DNA from: Schmidtea polychroa | Lineage: Eukaryota | Direction: 5' to 3' | DNA length: 64,000 nt | NCBI GenBank assembly: GCA_044892525.1 | Contig: CM097886.1 | Location: forward strand, 125,240,001 to 125,304,000 | Shown here: one piece after another, positions 1 to 13,630 of the stretch | Numbering within the stretch: the first letter of the stretch is position 1 | Layout of the letters: every line of letters starts with the position of its first letter | The notes under the pieces: model-generated | The model's input: only the letters and a program-made list of their open reading frames with translations | The model's database searches: none | What the model was told of the DNA's origin: nothing | Position numbers and translations under genes: made by a program

Positions 1-839
1 TCGTTGGCAATACTTTCTGCAAAAATTGGCATAAAAATAGTGATTGATTGTGACTGAAACGTGTCAGTATATATACCTATTTTGTACACGTGTATGTATT
101 GATGCATTAAAACAAACTCGAATTCTTTTTATTCCAGAATTTTCTATTTCATTATTTTTATATTTTTTGTGGAAATTTTAGTGCTATAATTTTTGTTTTT
201 ATTTTTAAATTTTTATTTTTTAATTATTTTTTCATTAATTTACGTCCATGATGGATTTGGAACGGTTCCAGAACATTCTATTTTACTTTTAATTTAATTT
301 TTATTTTAACTGATGTTTTATGGATTTCTTTTTACGAATTTTCATTTTTATTACTAATTTATTGATTTTGTCTAAATTTTATTGTTTAAGATAGCTTTTA
401 TGATGGTCATCGCCATTTTTATGGAATGTTCTGGGTTTTTCTGGAATTTTTTACTGTTCTTACCAGCTTTTAAGTTATTCGAGTTTGTTTCTTGTAACTC
501 TATGTTTATTTGATCATTTTGAGTTAGATTTTGCATAACTTCTTGCTTTTGGTATGATTTTATTTAATTTCGGTGTTTATGCTTTTGTTGTTTTCTCCTT
601 TAATTAATATTGTTTATTTGATGTAATTTTAATATTTAACTACACTTTTTGTTTTTGCATGTTGTGTACCTGCACCTTTCAGTCACAATTCAAGTTTGGG
701 TCTAGAAGTCAGTTCTAGCCCAACAATTGTAATCAAGATTTAATTTATTTTTATTAGCCATTTTTAAATACTATTAAATTAGCAAGTTGCGCAGTTTGCT
801 AGTTCTAGTTTTTAAGATTTAAATTTTTTATATTTTATA

Positions 840-1069
840 GTAGTGGGTGTATGGCCTTCACGGACACGGACCCTTTACGAGTTTCCCACTTCAATCACTT
901 GGGTCTGTGAGGATTGGAGCCGTGTATTTGAGGGTTTTATGAATAAAAGATGTAAATATAGGGGGTTAAAAGATGAAAAAGTTTAGTTTTTTAGTCTGTA
1001 TGTGAAGGGGCTTGGCACTAGGGGCTTGGGGGGGGGGTTGGGTCCGTGAAGGCCATACACCCACTACTC
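840..1069. mobile_element. MITE (~230 bp) with ~26-bp terminal inverted repeats
   Basis: GTAGTGGGTGTATGGCCTTCACGGAC at 840-865 is the reverse complement of 1042-1067. ATTTTATA flanks both sides (832-839, 1070-1077) as a candidate 8-bp TSD; the left end appears 2 nt shorter than the right. Confidence 0.85.
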
Positions 1070-1267
1070 ATTTTATAAGTCAATAAAAAATATACTTTTT
1101 TCTTATCAAATTTTTTATATCTATAATATATTAATAATAAATAATGAATTTTGTGAATTTAATATGATTTCTTTTTCTTTTATTCTAAATACAAAAAACT
1201 TTTATAATTATATTTTGTACAATGTTTTCAGTTTTCCCAAATAAATAATAACAAAATTCTACTAGGT

Positions 1268-1320
1268 TAATCCCGGCGAGATCCCGGGATTGAAAAAAGG
1301 CTCCGGGATTGCGATCCTTA
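1268..1320 (-). mobile_element. Isolated DNA-transposon terminus (hAT-like)
   Basis: Reverse complement reads TAAGGATCGCAATCCCGGAGCC followed by repeated ATCCCGG/CCGGGAT subterminal motifs; no partner end found in the window. Confidence 0.35.
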
Positions 1321-2170
1321 ATCTCGAGTTATACCAACCGAATATTTTACGGATATTGTGTATTTCTCAGTTTCCAGATGACAGGATTACTGTCAGAAAT
1401 CCCGATTCAACGAATAGAACGGAAAATAATGGAAATTGCTAATACCATGGTGTAGTGGTCTTTCATAGGTGGTTCTGCACCAAATAAAGTTTTTTTCAGG
1501 ATTTAAAAAATTTAAATAAACTTTATTAAAACGTATTAATATTGTTTATTTATTTGTATTGTATGTTTAATAGTTTAAAAATAATCCTTTGTAAGCTTAT
1601 TGCAATTTCGTTCAACTGAATTGGATTTATTTGCAGAAATTTATTTGCGTTACAATATAATTTTCTAACTGAAACAATAAATCGGTTGTTGGAAGAATAA
1701 AGTTTTCAATATCTTTATTTGGATTTTGGATTTAATTTTTCATCGTTATTTACAATTGCTTAATTTATACAGTGAACGTTTCTCAAGGAAATTCTTTGAA
1801 TGATGCAAGTATTAATACCCTCAAACGAACAGAAATAAATACAGTATGTGATTTACAATTAAGTAACATTGGTAGTAGAAACAATAAGGACCTTATTCTT
1901 GTTCATGATATTTTTGGATTTAATTTCAGCTTGCAGAATATTTAGGTAAACATTCTTTTAATGAACTTATGCCCAATTTAACTTTTCCATTGTACAGCGC
2001 CACAACACTAAGGAAGATTCTTTATGATTTAATTTTTGATTTTCGTTGTTATTGTTTATTATAAATTAAATATTATTTAATAAAATTGTCGTTTTGTCAA
2101 GAACATTTTCAGGTTTTACATTGATGTATGAGAATAAATGCTTGCAAAGAATTTAGTGAAAGATTGTAAA

Positions 2171-2199
<29 letters not shown>

Positions 2200-2214
<15 letters not shown>

Positions 2215-3217
2215 TAATAAAACTAATAATAATTAAATTAATAATAAGTAATCATCATTATCATTTGCAAATAAAATTTCAAATAACAATTCAAATCTAG
2301 ACTTGGTTCATCCAGGGACCTGAGTGCAAGTCATTTCAATTTGTAATGCTCTGGCCTTTGAAATTTGACCCGTCCTGTGCAGCATCCGCTTTTATATATT
2401 AGGATAAACAAGCTGAATAATTCATTCTAAACGAAAATGAAAACGCTTGTTATTATTTGTACTTTAATTATTTTAACATGAAATATAAATTGATGATATT
2501 TTAGGCATAATTCTACAACTGGCACTTACAGAAACTCAAGTAATTTTGTCTGTCACATCCAGTTCAACATTTCCGCATTTCATTGGAAATTCCTTTTCTA
2601 TCCAAATCCAACCTCTGATTAATGACAGCAATTTGAGTGCTGATCCGTCAGATACGATAGTGATCCGTATTGTTGATTTGAATTTTACTGAAATTCAAAA
2701 AGAATTGCTTATTTACGGAGTACAAGATTCACTAGATGAAGAAATACAAGGAACCCTCATGAACATCAAAATATGGGAAAAAAATCCTTCATCAACAGAA
2801 ATGAATATATCCATAATGTTCAAGCAAGGAGCTCACAACAAATATCTGGAAATCTTTTACTTTTCTGTTCCAAATAAACTTCAACGAAGAAAATATTTGA
2901 AGAATCTCTCCCTTGCCAAACGGTTATATCATGAACTGATTGACTTGTTTATCCCATCCGCATTGGCAATCTCGGTGCTCCCAATCAATGGTGACAGGGA
3001 GGAAATTATAGTTAATGATATGGTGATGACATCCTGCAGAGCCTTTGGTGGAATTCCACCGAATAAACCGAGATTCAAGGATCACACTCACTTAAATGTG
3101 ACTATGAGAAATTATAGTGAAAAGGCCAATGAAATCTGAATCAATTTTTGCGCATCCCTGAGTGACCATCTGACTAATTTCAGCTGCACCACTGGCAATG
3201 TTACGGAGACGTTCACA
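2200..3217 (+). repeat. ~1-kb near-identical duplication of ~14195-15175
   Basis: Near letter-for-letter match including upstream non-coding DNA (e.g. ATGCTCTGGCCTTTGAAATTTGACCCG in both); scattered substitutions only. Confidence 0.95.
2505..3217 (+). pseudogene. Ig-like module exon A, copy 1 (premature stop; 3' end runs into a gap)
   Basis: TTTTAG acceptor at 2503-2504, phase 1. Frame gives ...SCRAFGGIPPNKPRFKDH...NFSCTTGNVTETF (Cys-x3-GG-x-P ... F-x-Cys, C2-set-like). In-frame TGA at 3137-3139 where copy 2 has AGA. Confidence 0.6.
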
Positions 3218-3940
3218 NNNNNNNNNNNNNNNNNNNNNNNNNNNNNNNNNNNNNNNNNNNNNNNNNNNNNNNNNNNNNNNNNNNNNNNNNNNNNNNNNNN
3301 NNNNNNNNNNNNNNNNNNNNNNNNNNNNNNNNNNNNNNNNNNNNNNNNNNNNNNNNNNNNNNNNNNNNNNNNNNNNNNNNNNNNNNNNNNNNNNNNNNNN
3401 NNNNNNNNNNNNNNNNNNNNNNNNNNNNNNNNNNNNNNNNNNNNNNNNNNNATATGGTGGATAATGGACAAATGGTAAATATCCATTAGATTACTGACAA
3501 ATATTAAATGGCCTAATCTTACAAAAAACCTCACTTACCAGTTATAGCGAAACCTTATAGCTTGAGTTATAAAATTTGGTATTATCTTTGATGCATTTAA
3601 AATTTTTATAGTCATTGGATTGAAAATTTAAACTTTACTTTGAGATTTTTAGAAATTATTGAAAAATAATTATCAAATATATGAATCTTTTTGAGGCTTT
3701 ATTTTGCTGACATTTTCTTATTTTTCAATGGAATTTGTCAAAAATAACAAAAACCGATTTTTTTTGAGTTCGATATTCGTTGCACTGTTGCAGAAGGGTC
3801 GTTAAGGTTCTTTAATAAGTTCCTTTGATAAAAACTATTGACTGCCAAGTTTCACATTGGCGCAAGATCCAATCATTTTGTACTACTTTTAAAAGGCGGC
3901 TAAGATTACATTCTAAAGTATATAAAGTTTCTAATTCATC

Positions 3941-4379
3941 CAGGGCCGTAACAAGGGTGGTGCGAACGGTGCAGTCCACATGGCGCACATCTAAAAGGGG
4001 TGCAAAATTGGAATGTTACATTTTTTAATGTTTCCAAAAAATAACAAAATATAATTAAAAGAAATTATCAAATGGCCTGCACGAAAAAAACGACACACTA
4101 ACTAGCCTATCTTTAACATAGCTGATTGGACTGGTACATTAGCGTGCCTTCGTAGGTGTGTATTTTGAAAAATGTTAGTCCATAAAATGGGCTCTTGTCA
4201 TTATTTCAATTAACAAAAAAAATTTAAGAGCATTTCTACCTATTATAATAGCTGGAGATGAATGCATAGTTAACAACATGAATATTATAATTATTATAGT
4301 AGGCTGATTTGAATTAGGGTTTTAGGGGCGCCAGATATATGAACCGCACAGGGCGCAATAATACCTTGTTCCGGCCCTG
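3941..4379. mobile_element. hAT-family MITE (439 bp)
   Basis: TIRs CAGGGCCGTAACAAGG / CCTTGTTCCGGCCCTG (1 mismatch in 16); 8-bp TSD AATTCATC / AATTCGTC. Confidence 0.85.
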
Positions 4380-4909
4380 AATTCGTCAAACAAAAATAAA
4401 GTGCAAAATATAAAATCAATACTTTATAATTTATAATTTGTTTAATGTTTAAATAAATGTATTAAAATTGTGCTTTTATTTTATTACTTAATATATACAA
4501 TAAATAAATAAATCTAAACAACAGATATTTAAACATGAAATAATTACAATAATAATCAATCGGGAGCCCCAATAGCTTTAGTTAATTTCCTAGTAGGAGA
4601 AATGTTATTATTTGCAACATATTTGATTCCTTGAAACATGATGCCAGATCAACACGGCCGCCCTCTTGATGATTGTAAAATTGACTTTTAGAAATGATAT
4701 TGGATGAAATAGATTAAACAAAGTAATTTTTTGTATATTTTTTCGATAATGATTTCTAAATTTTAATTTAATTAATTAAAAAAACTTAATAAAATGTATA
4801 TGATTCAGGCACTACAGTTTGAATTTTATAATTTAATGCGTTAATCATAGTCAAAATATTCTGTTTTTATTTGGTATATAATTCGATCTGATCCATTCTT
4901 TCCTTCCAG

Positions 4910-5201
4910 ATCACCCGACCGCATTATATATTCAACCAATCATCAAAAAGAGAATCCGATCAAACTCAACCATAAAATGTTACACAAAAGATGGATATCC
5001 AGATCCAGATATAAACTGGCAATTGATTAAAGGTCCCCCAAATGCGGTTCGGTCTCACAAGTATTCCTGGAAATGGTGATCAAATCCACATCAATAGCAA
5101 CAGTCCGATCGGTTCAAAATGGACATTCAAATGCACAATGAAAAGCATTTTAGTAAATACCAAGAAAATCTTGAATAAAACGATTTCATTTGCCATTGCT
5201 A
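4910..5201 (+). pseudogene. Ig-like module exon B, copy 1 (one +1 frameshift)
   Basis: TTCCAG acceptor and GTAAGC donor, both phase 1; 292 nt = 97 codons + 1. HPTALYIQPIIKKRIRSNSTIKCYTKDGYPDPDINWQLIKGPPNAV, frameshift near 5050, then GLTSIPGNGDQIHINSNSPIGSKWTFKCTMKSILVNTKKILNKTISFAIA: the Cys...Trp...Cys Ig pattern. Confidence 0.65.
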
Positions 5202-6788
5202 GTAAGCTTTTGATTGGATAATATTGATAAAATCGAAATAAAGTTGATTGGTAATTTGTGGATTCTAGCATAATTATTCTGGCTCCATTAAAAATATATA
5301 AATATATAATATGCATGTCAAATTATTTATGAAAATAACAAATATCTGTTAAACCGCTTAATTAACCAATCAAATTGCAATTGTAGCTGAGGGATAAATT
5401 TATACAAAGAGCAAGGCCGTAATTAAATTGATCAATTTTGAGAAGCCTAAAAGAGCTAATTGACCTCTAATTGGACGCAGCGGGTTACTCATTTTACGAG
5501 AAATAAAGGAAAGATGAGCCAGGTTCACGAAATCTCTAAATCTGTTTTGGCACGATTGATTATGAAACTATTATTTAATTTCCCAAATATGAATGTATCC
5601 TATTACCCTTGTAAACTTTGTATTACTTAAATAGTTCGTGATTTTATGAATCGCCTTATCAAAGAAATTAATAAATCTAATTAACAAATAATACTGCTGA
5701 CACCTCGATAAAATGTTCCAATAACCTTTCAAATCTGCAAATCGAATGCTCATTTCTTCACAATAATATCTTCTCTTCCTTCTGATTACTACTTCGACTT
5801 TCCGACTATCAAGAAATCCAATTGCTTTGTGCAAGAACAAAATTGCATAAAATTGCCCAATACACCAAAGGACATAAATTACAGCATGTTTAGGCATAAA
5901 TGAAAATATAGTATAAGGCAATAATTAATTTATAGATAGAAAAAAGAAACATTTATGTGAAATAAGGACAGCATTTAAGGGGCGCTGGCATCAGTTACGG
6001 GATCCATTATAATGAGGCAGTGAAATAATTCCGGCCATAAAATTACACAGACACGGACAAATAATAAGTGAAGCAATCATTTATTACGGGATTTCTAATT
6101 ATATAAATGTGCAATTGCTTGAGTTTATCACACTGCAAATGTCCATGAATAATAGAGATGGAAAGGGGAGCAATGGAAATGAGAATTTCTTTTAATAATT
6201 TCAATTCCAAACTAGAAATAATGAAATTGATAATAGCTTACCCCAATTTGAATGATGAAGAGATGTGAATGACATATAAATATTGCAATAACCTTCCCTA
6301 TCCATTCCATAAGGGTTCCTCATGTACACAAACCGATAATTTAGTAAAACTAGCAAAATTCCACCTTCTGAAATCATTCAATTTGAAGGATTTTGTAATT
6401 ATGGTGATCTGTTATTTTATGTTATTGGTGACTTTTATGGCAAATGCGATTGGTTGATTGTATAGAATTTGCGGTCGGGAATTACTATGGGAATTTATGG
6501 GAATGCCATTTCCAGATTTGGGGATTCTTTACAATTTATCTAACTGTTGATGATGATATGATTGATGGGCAATTGGTATGATTGTCCCTAGGGACCCTTC
6601 AATGGTGAATAGCTGGCCAGTGACGATTCTCGATATTGTAAAATGCAAGCTGTAAATATTATATTTTCCTCACGTTCTTTCGATATTAATTTTCTCATGT
6701 TTCACTGACGATATTTTGTATTTATAAATTGTCAAACTATAATTGGATAACTCGCTTGATTTGTTTTAATATTACTTTTTATATTAGA

Positions 6789-9700
6789 CAGTGCTCGAAG
6801 TGGAACAAAATATGTGCCGGGATAGGCATGCTGTGGCACCCGGGATTCCAGGCTTTTATGCAGAAATTTTCAGTTGGGGGTGTTGCAAAACTTTGGGGGG
6901 TGTCCAACAAATTTTTTTTGGGGGGGGTGTCCACCCATTTAATCATAAGTTTCAGGGGGTGTACCTGTTTTAATGTGGGGGGGGTGTCAAACAATTTTGG
7001 GGGGTGGGTAAATCCCTGCGGGATTCTCATTTTTAACCAAGCAAAATGACAGAGATTTTTTGCATGTGTAAATTTGTCTGATAAATAATCGGAAATTTTG
7101 TTTCAAATATAAAGCGTCAACGTCTTACTCTGATAGTCCTTTTGGTAATAGCCCATTTTCTCACATTACCTCAAAAAAACTGCAAATTCACTTAACTTTC
7201 TACGTGCTTTTATTCAACATTTAATTACAGTAAAATATATTAAAGAACTGGTAGAACTAAATGCTGTCAAACATGTTGAGAACATATCGTCAACAGAGTG
7301 GGAATAACACTAACAAACCCTCATAACTTGCAGAGAGAGTACATTGATGTTTCGCTAACGGGATCATCACGGACAATTCGCGATAGGCAGTTCTTTTCGT
7401 CTGCATGTCTGTGGCCACTGGTTAGCCAACTTTGCACATAAGCAGAGGGCTTCCATAATCTTAATGGGGGACCCACAAGGCGAATCATCATTAGTGCAGA
7501 AGCACGCGATATGGATAAGCTTGAGCGGCAGTCAGTAACAATTAGATTCATGGCACTGAACCCACGTTCACACTCGGCAGTTGATACAGGAATGCATTCT
7601 ATTGTACGGAGAAGTGGCAGCAGTTGTTGTGAAATGCGCTTGCCACCATTTTCAATAAATTCCCGCATCCCCTGGAGAGAGCTAGCAGTGTCGATTTTGA
7701 ATCGGGTGCAAAGCGCCCGGATACTGTCATCACCGTATAAAATATCCATTGAATCCGGCCAGAAGGATGGGTATAACACTTTAAGGTGATTGTAAAGCAG
7801 CGTGTTCGTAGAATGTGCGGATGTTACGTTGCTGGAATGATGTGTTGGGAGAAGTCGCGATTCCAGATTGTCTCGTAAGGCTTGGAAAAACCGATTAGCA
7901 TTAATGAGCACATCGCATTTGCTGCCCTCGTGCAGGGTAATTCCTTTGAACGCTGGTTTTTCAGAGATTTCACACAAATGCTCTCCTCTTCCTTTTTGTA
8001 GGGACTCTAGGACAAGCAGCTCACGGTTGATGAGTTTGTGTGCCTCTGGAATGCTCATGTCCCGGCTCTGTAGAGAAAGTGAAAGGTCTGCTAGCTCTTG
8101 TAAGCCATCGTACATCACAGCTAAATTGTGCACAAAAGTGAAAGTAGATAACCGTAGAGAAAGGCCAATGTAGGTAGCCTGCTCTCGTTTATCTCTGGAT
8201 GGATCTATGGCAGCCTGTTGAAAGTGATAATAGAGAGCTGGATAATTTTCCCATACTGCTTTTATTGTCCGCACGCTTGATGCCACCCAAAGTGTACTTA
8301 ATATTCGTCCAATCGAAAGCAGTTGCTGTCCAAGTGAATTTGCTACATCGTGCAATTCCCGTTGATTTTTAGGTGAGGCATGATACAAACTGTACAGTTT
8401 ATCCATAAAACAACGGAAATTGTTTACTCCACAAACCTCTTCTACAGTATCTCCGACTCCCAATTCTAAACGGTGTGCCGCACGTGCCAGATAACAACGT
8501 GGGGGAATTTCCTCACAATAAGTGCACCAACTCCAGCGCGACGTCCCAACATAACTGAAGCGCCATCACAGCAAAAGCCAATCCAATTTTCAGTGAGATA
8601 AGCTTCACCAATACCGTGCTTCTCCAAAGAAACTAGAAGATCTTGAAATATAACTTGGGATGTCGTTCCATTCAATTCAATTAAATCCAGGAAGACAGTA
8701 TTGACCTCATGGTGCAAGACGCAGCGAATGTAAATTATCAACGTAGCTTTTTGGCTAAGTGAGGTCGATTCATCAATGAGGATAGATATCTTGGCATTCT
8801 GACTAATGATTTCCTCCAACATCCTTTTACGCATCTCTTTTGCAATGTGGTCAATTATATTGGCGCATGCATGATCGCTGTGGAGAATCCTTCCCATGTC
8901 TATTCCATTGAGCCGTTGCAAGTCGATTTCCATCTCCATGTCCGAAAAAGGCCTGTTTAACTTGGCCTGTTTATATGCCGTTCGGAAAACTATTTCAGTA
9001 GATGCCTCATAAGCTTTACAATGAATATTTGCCAGATTTTCCATAATCGCAGATTTCTGAGTATTCAATATCATACATGCTGTCTTATGTGCTGAGCTAT
9101 TCAAGTGATCAAGCATCTTTTTGCGGAGAGACTGTTGCTGCTTTGCAAGAGTGTCACCATAGTGTGTAACATTTGCCGACATCCATTCCTCTGACATTTT
9201 GACGCCACGACTTTTATGCGGACCAAGCAATTTCACCTTGTGACACGTGGAACATCCTAAATTCTTAGCAGAAACAATCAGCCAATCATATTTGCTTTTG
9301 TATTTCAGCCAGGTTTCCACTGTCCAACAATCAGGTATAGATGGAGAATCACGTTGCACTGTCTCAGAGTCATTGGGGATAATGGTGATTGACGATGACA
9401 CACTAGAAGTAGATGGAGAATCACTTCGTTGCATTTTCAGAGCCTTCGGCTTAAAAAAATCATCAATCCGTTTCACTCGTTTAAGAGACATGAGTAACTC
9501 AGACAAAAAGCTCACAAGCAATAGTGTCAATAGAGAATGTGAGTGGACAGTCCAAATGTGTGAGATAAGAATAGAGGGATAGAAAGAGCTAGACTATGTG
9601 GTCGTGATTATGAGTTGCTATTAATTTAATTGGTCCATTTCATAGACACAAAATACGTAATAACACAACCTTTGTGTAAGCTACGCAGTGCCCGTGAAAA

Positions 9701-10246
9701 GAAACTCATGCCTACACTTTCACACACACACCTTTAATACATCAAAACTCATACTATATACAGTGGATAAGAAGTACGATAAAGGCATTGAAGCGGTCCT
9801 ATCTCTTACATATTGTGATTGTCAATATGTGCATGTGTATGTATATCTGCGTAGCACATATATGTTTTCTTATCACGTTAATTATAACAGCTCTCTGCAT
9901 GTGAAATCATGCACACATTATATATAGAGGGGGTAGCAGTATAAATAACTCAACAAACAACTTGCTGGTTTAACTAAAATAAATAAGAGAATATACCTAC
10001 CTATCCATTACTGCTGCTTGGGAAATTCTTAATTGAATAGAGAATAGAGAATAAAGAATATATATATACATACATATATGGATGTATTATGTGTGACCTT
10101 AATTGCAGTATTTGTGTGCCTATAAAATGAAATAAGTACCGGGATAAACCTATAGATTATATGAAATGAAGTGCCGGGATGCAATTCCGCCTACATAATC
10201 AATGCCGGGATAATATCCCGGCTATCCCGCCTCACTTCGAGCACTG
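6789..10246 (-). mobile_element. Near-intact hAT DNA transposon (3458 bp)
   Basis: Perfect 14-bp TIR CAGTGCTCGAAGTG (6789-6802, 10233-10246); perfect 8-bp TSD ATATTAGA (6781-6788, 10247-10254); GCCGGGAT-type subterminal repeats at both ends; internal transposase. Confidence 0.97.
7321..9530 (-). pseudogene. hAT transposase (ZNF862/KIAA1586-like) split by a 1-nt deletion
   Basis: Motifs ILIDEST, CCDGASVM and IPVSTAECERGFSAMN (dimerization domain). Adding one base between 8483 and 8484 restores WHCAAHRLELGVGD and fuses the two ORFs. Confidence 0.92.
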
Positions 10247-12699
10247 ATATTAGAGAATCCGATGGGAAATTGCGGAGAGAAATGCTTGACTTCTAAGATT
10301 TCTGATATTGGGGAATCGGTGGAGGAGAACGGGAGACTGAACGAGGATATCAGATGGGTATTAGATCAGGTGATGGATCAAATGAAGCTAATGAAAGAAG
10401 CAACAAGAAACATCCAGAAGATTGAATAGCAGCATTGAACAGGTGAACATTGCTTTGAAACATGATTCAGTCACATATGCAAATTATCACCATATACCAA
10501 TTATCAAAGTCCTCTATTTCCGTCAATATCTTCTTTATCTGTAATTTTGGATTCAAATGCAATTGGTTATCGGGAGTTCTGACATAAGCTAAGGTTTATA
10601 AATCCCGAAATAATCCAAGCTAAAATTGACATGAAATACAAATACAAAATAATTACACTGGAACATTTGATACTAATTACAGGGGGACATCTGACATGGA
10701 TTCGTATCTGTTCACTGAGTATTATGGATATCCCCAACGGATCAGTTTCAAAATCACTTGCAATCTCCTCTCCTACAAATATCTGCCTTAATTGCCAACT
10801 GATTATATCATTTATTTGTGTCATTAAAACAAAATATTAGACATTCAAACTTGTTGCGGGAATCCTAACAGAAATGTGATTGGTCGCACGCTCAATTTGT
10901 CCGTATTTGTGAATAGAAAAGCCTTTATTTCATAATATTATATCCTTGATGTAATAAATACAATATTTACCATTCCCCAGTGACACTCGCTCCCCCAGTT
11001 ATCCTCCTGAGGAAATCCTCATCAAAATTCATGATAATAAATTGAGAATCCTAATTGATATAGGGATAGATTTGAATCAAACTAATTGAGTTATTGAGTT
11101 AATTGAGTTATTGCAAAGCATAATGGAAGGGGCGTCGGTAAAAGGAAGTTTGATCTGCATTCTATTGAAATGACAAAATGCCTGCGATAATAGGGGAAAT
11201 CCGCTATTTTGGAGTCTAAAGTTCTACCTAGTTGCATCCTAATTTTTGTTGTATGAAAATCAATACGAAATATTACAGAAACTCTTGATAGAGACGAAGC
11301 TGAAAATTTGTGTTGAGTATAATTATATTTTTGATCATTTGTCAAAATGAAAATAAATCAAATATTAGCAGTTAAAGTAAAAATTAAAAATTCATCTTAA
11401 AATATGAAAAATAGATATCTAAATAAACAAGGTATGTAATATTTGAAACTTAGAGAAAAGCGATTTTTTGTTAAGAACTTCACGGGGAGGCTGAATTGTT
11501 TAAATGGAGTATTGGTTACCCAGCATTATTGCTAATCTCCCCCTGTTGTAATATTCCCATCCAATTCTTCTCGTCACAACCTCCTACCTCCGATGTGGTT
11601 ATCAGATTTCTCTTTGTCCTTAGTGTCATTATGGCTATAGCTAAAGTTCAGAAATCTCCATAGAGTCACAACTAATATTGACAGAAAATACAAATGCTGA
11701 ATATGTACAATGCCTAATTGGTCGTATAAAGGGCCACCCCAGTAACCACCCCAGTAGTCACTTTACCACTATTTCGCAATCTAAAATATTTTCTATCTGA
11801 ATTTTTGAATCTCAACAACCACCTTTTCAAACCTAAAAAATCTTTTGTTGTAACTCTCAATTAATTTTAGCAAGCCAAATTTCTGAAATATTTCTTACAA
11901 TTTCTCATACGGTTAAAAGTTTTATGATTTCCTCAGATTTTTATTTCGCTGCAGAATTATCAGTTTACTCACAATTTTCGTTTGCTACATTTAGAATTTA
12001 ATTACCGGAATATTTTTTCGTGTAACCTTTCGCAACAGCTATTGGAGATTTTTATACATTCGTTTATCATTAATTCGGAACCTTTGGAAACGATTGAATT
12101 TGATTGGTAATTGTTATTTGTTAAGTTTATTTCTTGGTGTATGTCACAACATTTATAATAATTAAAATCTTGATATTAAATTTTCGTTCTTCCTCATTCA
12201 AATTTAGAATTATAAAATTTTACGATTTTGTATTTTTATGCAGGTCTCAGTTGCTTTCTCACAGGCCATTTCACGATGCATCCTTACTAACAGCAAGACG
12301 ATTTCAGCTATGGCTCGATAGAGGGATCTTGTAGCGGTCATTACTTGTTGTTTTATTGTAGGATTTGTAAAAATGTACATTACACCGTCAAAGATAAGTG
12401 CAAATTTTCTGCAAAGATCGAAGTAAATCTCCACAGAAGCTAGGCATATTGCATATGTAGTTTTCATTTGTAAAATCGAACTACTAATAAAATGATAATG
12501 TCTGAAAATTTCAAGCCAAAGAGCGTAAAACGCCCAATTGTAAAGTAATCTCTACATAATTACTTGTAATTTGTAACAGGATACGACCACCTTAAGATTA
12601 ACATGATTACCGTAATCATCATTATTAGCATTGAAAAATTTGTTATATTATTACGTAATGTTAATATATTCATAGTAGGGTTCGCAAAAGACCGAGTTT

Positions 12700-13630
12700 A
12701 ACCGATGCTTATTAATCAAAACCGGTTTTACAATTTATGAGGAGCGAGAATGTTCTTCCAGGCTGAACACTGATCAGCTTGATCGTAAGCAATAAATTAT
12801 AAAGTTTTCAAATTTTTCGCTCCTCTTCAGAGTTGATTCAAAATAGTTGAATTATTTATAAATATCACATGCATTGGTATCAGTCTTAGGCTCCTCATTA
12901 AGTTCATTCATTAAACGAATATAATCAGTCATGAGTTGATCATCACCATCGAAGACTCAATTAGTTGAGGCAACATTAGTTTGTAGAACAACTTCTTCAT
13001 TTGTTTCTTTAATCTCGTGGTGTTCTGGAAATAATCTCTTGTCTGTTCGTTTACCATACTTCTTCAATATTTGTTTTGTTGGAAAAGGAAAAGCTCTTGA
13101 GTTTGACTCTTCAGTAAACATTACTGGATAGTGAAAATAACTTATCATAGCCACAGTTTACACATTTCTTTTTAAATAAAACCTATTAGAACGGCTTTGA
13201 TAAAGATTTGAAACCAACGAGTTGGTTGCTTCTGTAAGTATGCTGATTCGGTTGAAATCACCGCTCTTAGAACATTTGGAATGCTGCTTTTCAATTTTAG
13301 AAATCTTTCAATCATATAAATATGTTATTTCATTTAGTTATGCAGTTCAAGCTTATATTTTGTCCCTTTGAATTTTGCTCTTACAAAATCCTGTAATATT
13401 TCATTTTTGGTTGGTGGTTTTCTAAAAAGTTTGTAAATTTTTCTAACCATATTTAGACTTTTTGCAATTTTATATTTAGGCTTTGGAAAATCAGCAGTCC
13501 TGTGTTCCAAATCAGTTTGAAAAATCGTGTTTTACTGTTTTTCTTCAGGTTCATAATCTTCATCGTCTTGTGTATCACTCTCAGCATTTTCTGTGTTTGT
13601 CTCTTTGACTTTGGAACCTTTTAACATACA
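12700..13630 (-). pseudogene. Decayed hAT transposase fragment (C-terminal half)
   Basis: Minus-strand pieces VRKIYKLFRKPPTKNEILQDFV, IYMIERFLKLKSSIPNVL and LYNLLLTIKLISVQPGRTFS resemble hAT core and dimerization motifs; many stops. Confidence 0.6.

Noticed and set aside
1380-1520. Possible sixth exon-A relic (SFIGGSAPNKVFFR)
   Set aside because: Similarity is limited to about 12 residues with stops around it; too weak to call.
5571-5921. 116-aa minus-strand ORF
   Set aside because: No recognisable motif and no splice or element context.
7511-9582. Plus-strand ORFs 7511-7789, 7868-8173 and 9247-9582
   Set aside because: Antisense shadows of the hAT transposase.
10567-11800. Short frames with vaguely Ig-like W/C spacing (10631-10840, about 11640-11780)
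   Set aside because: No alignable similarity to exon A or B and no clear splice sites.
12210-12467. Possible transposase fragment (FALIFDG...)
   Set aside because: Family could not be assigned.
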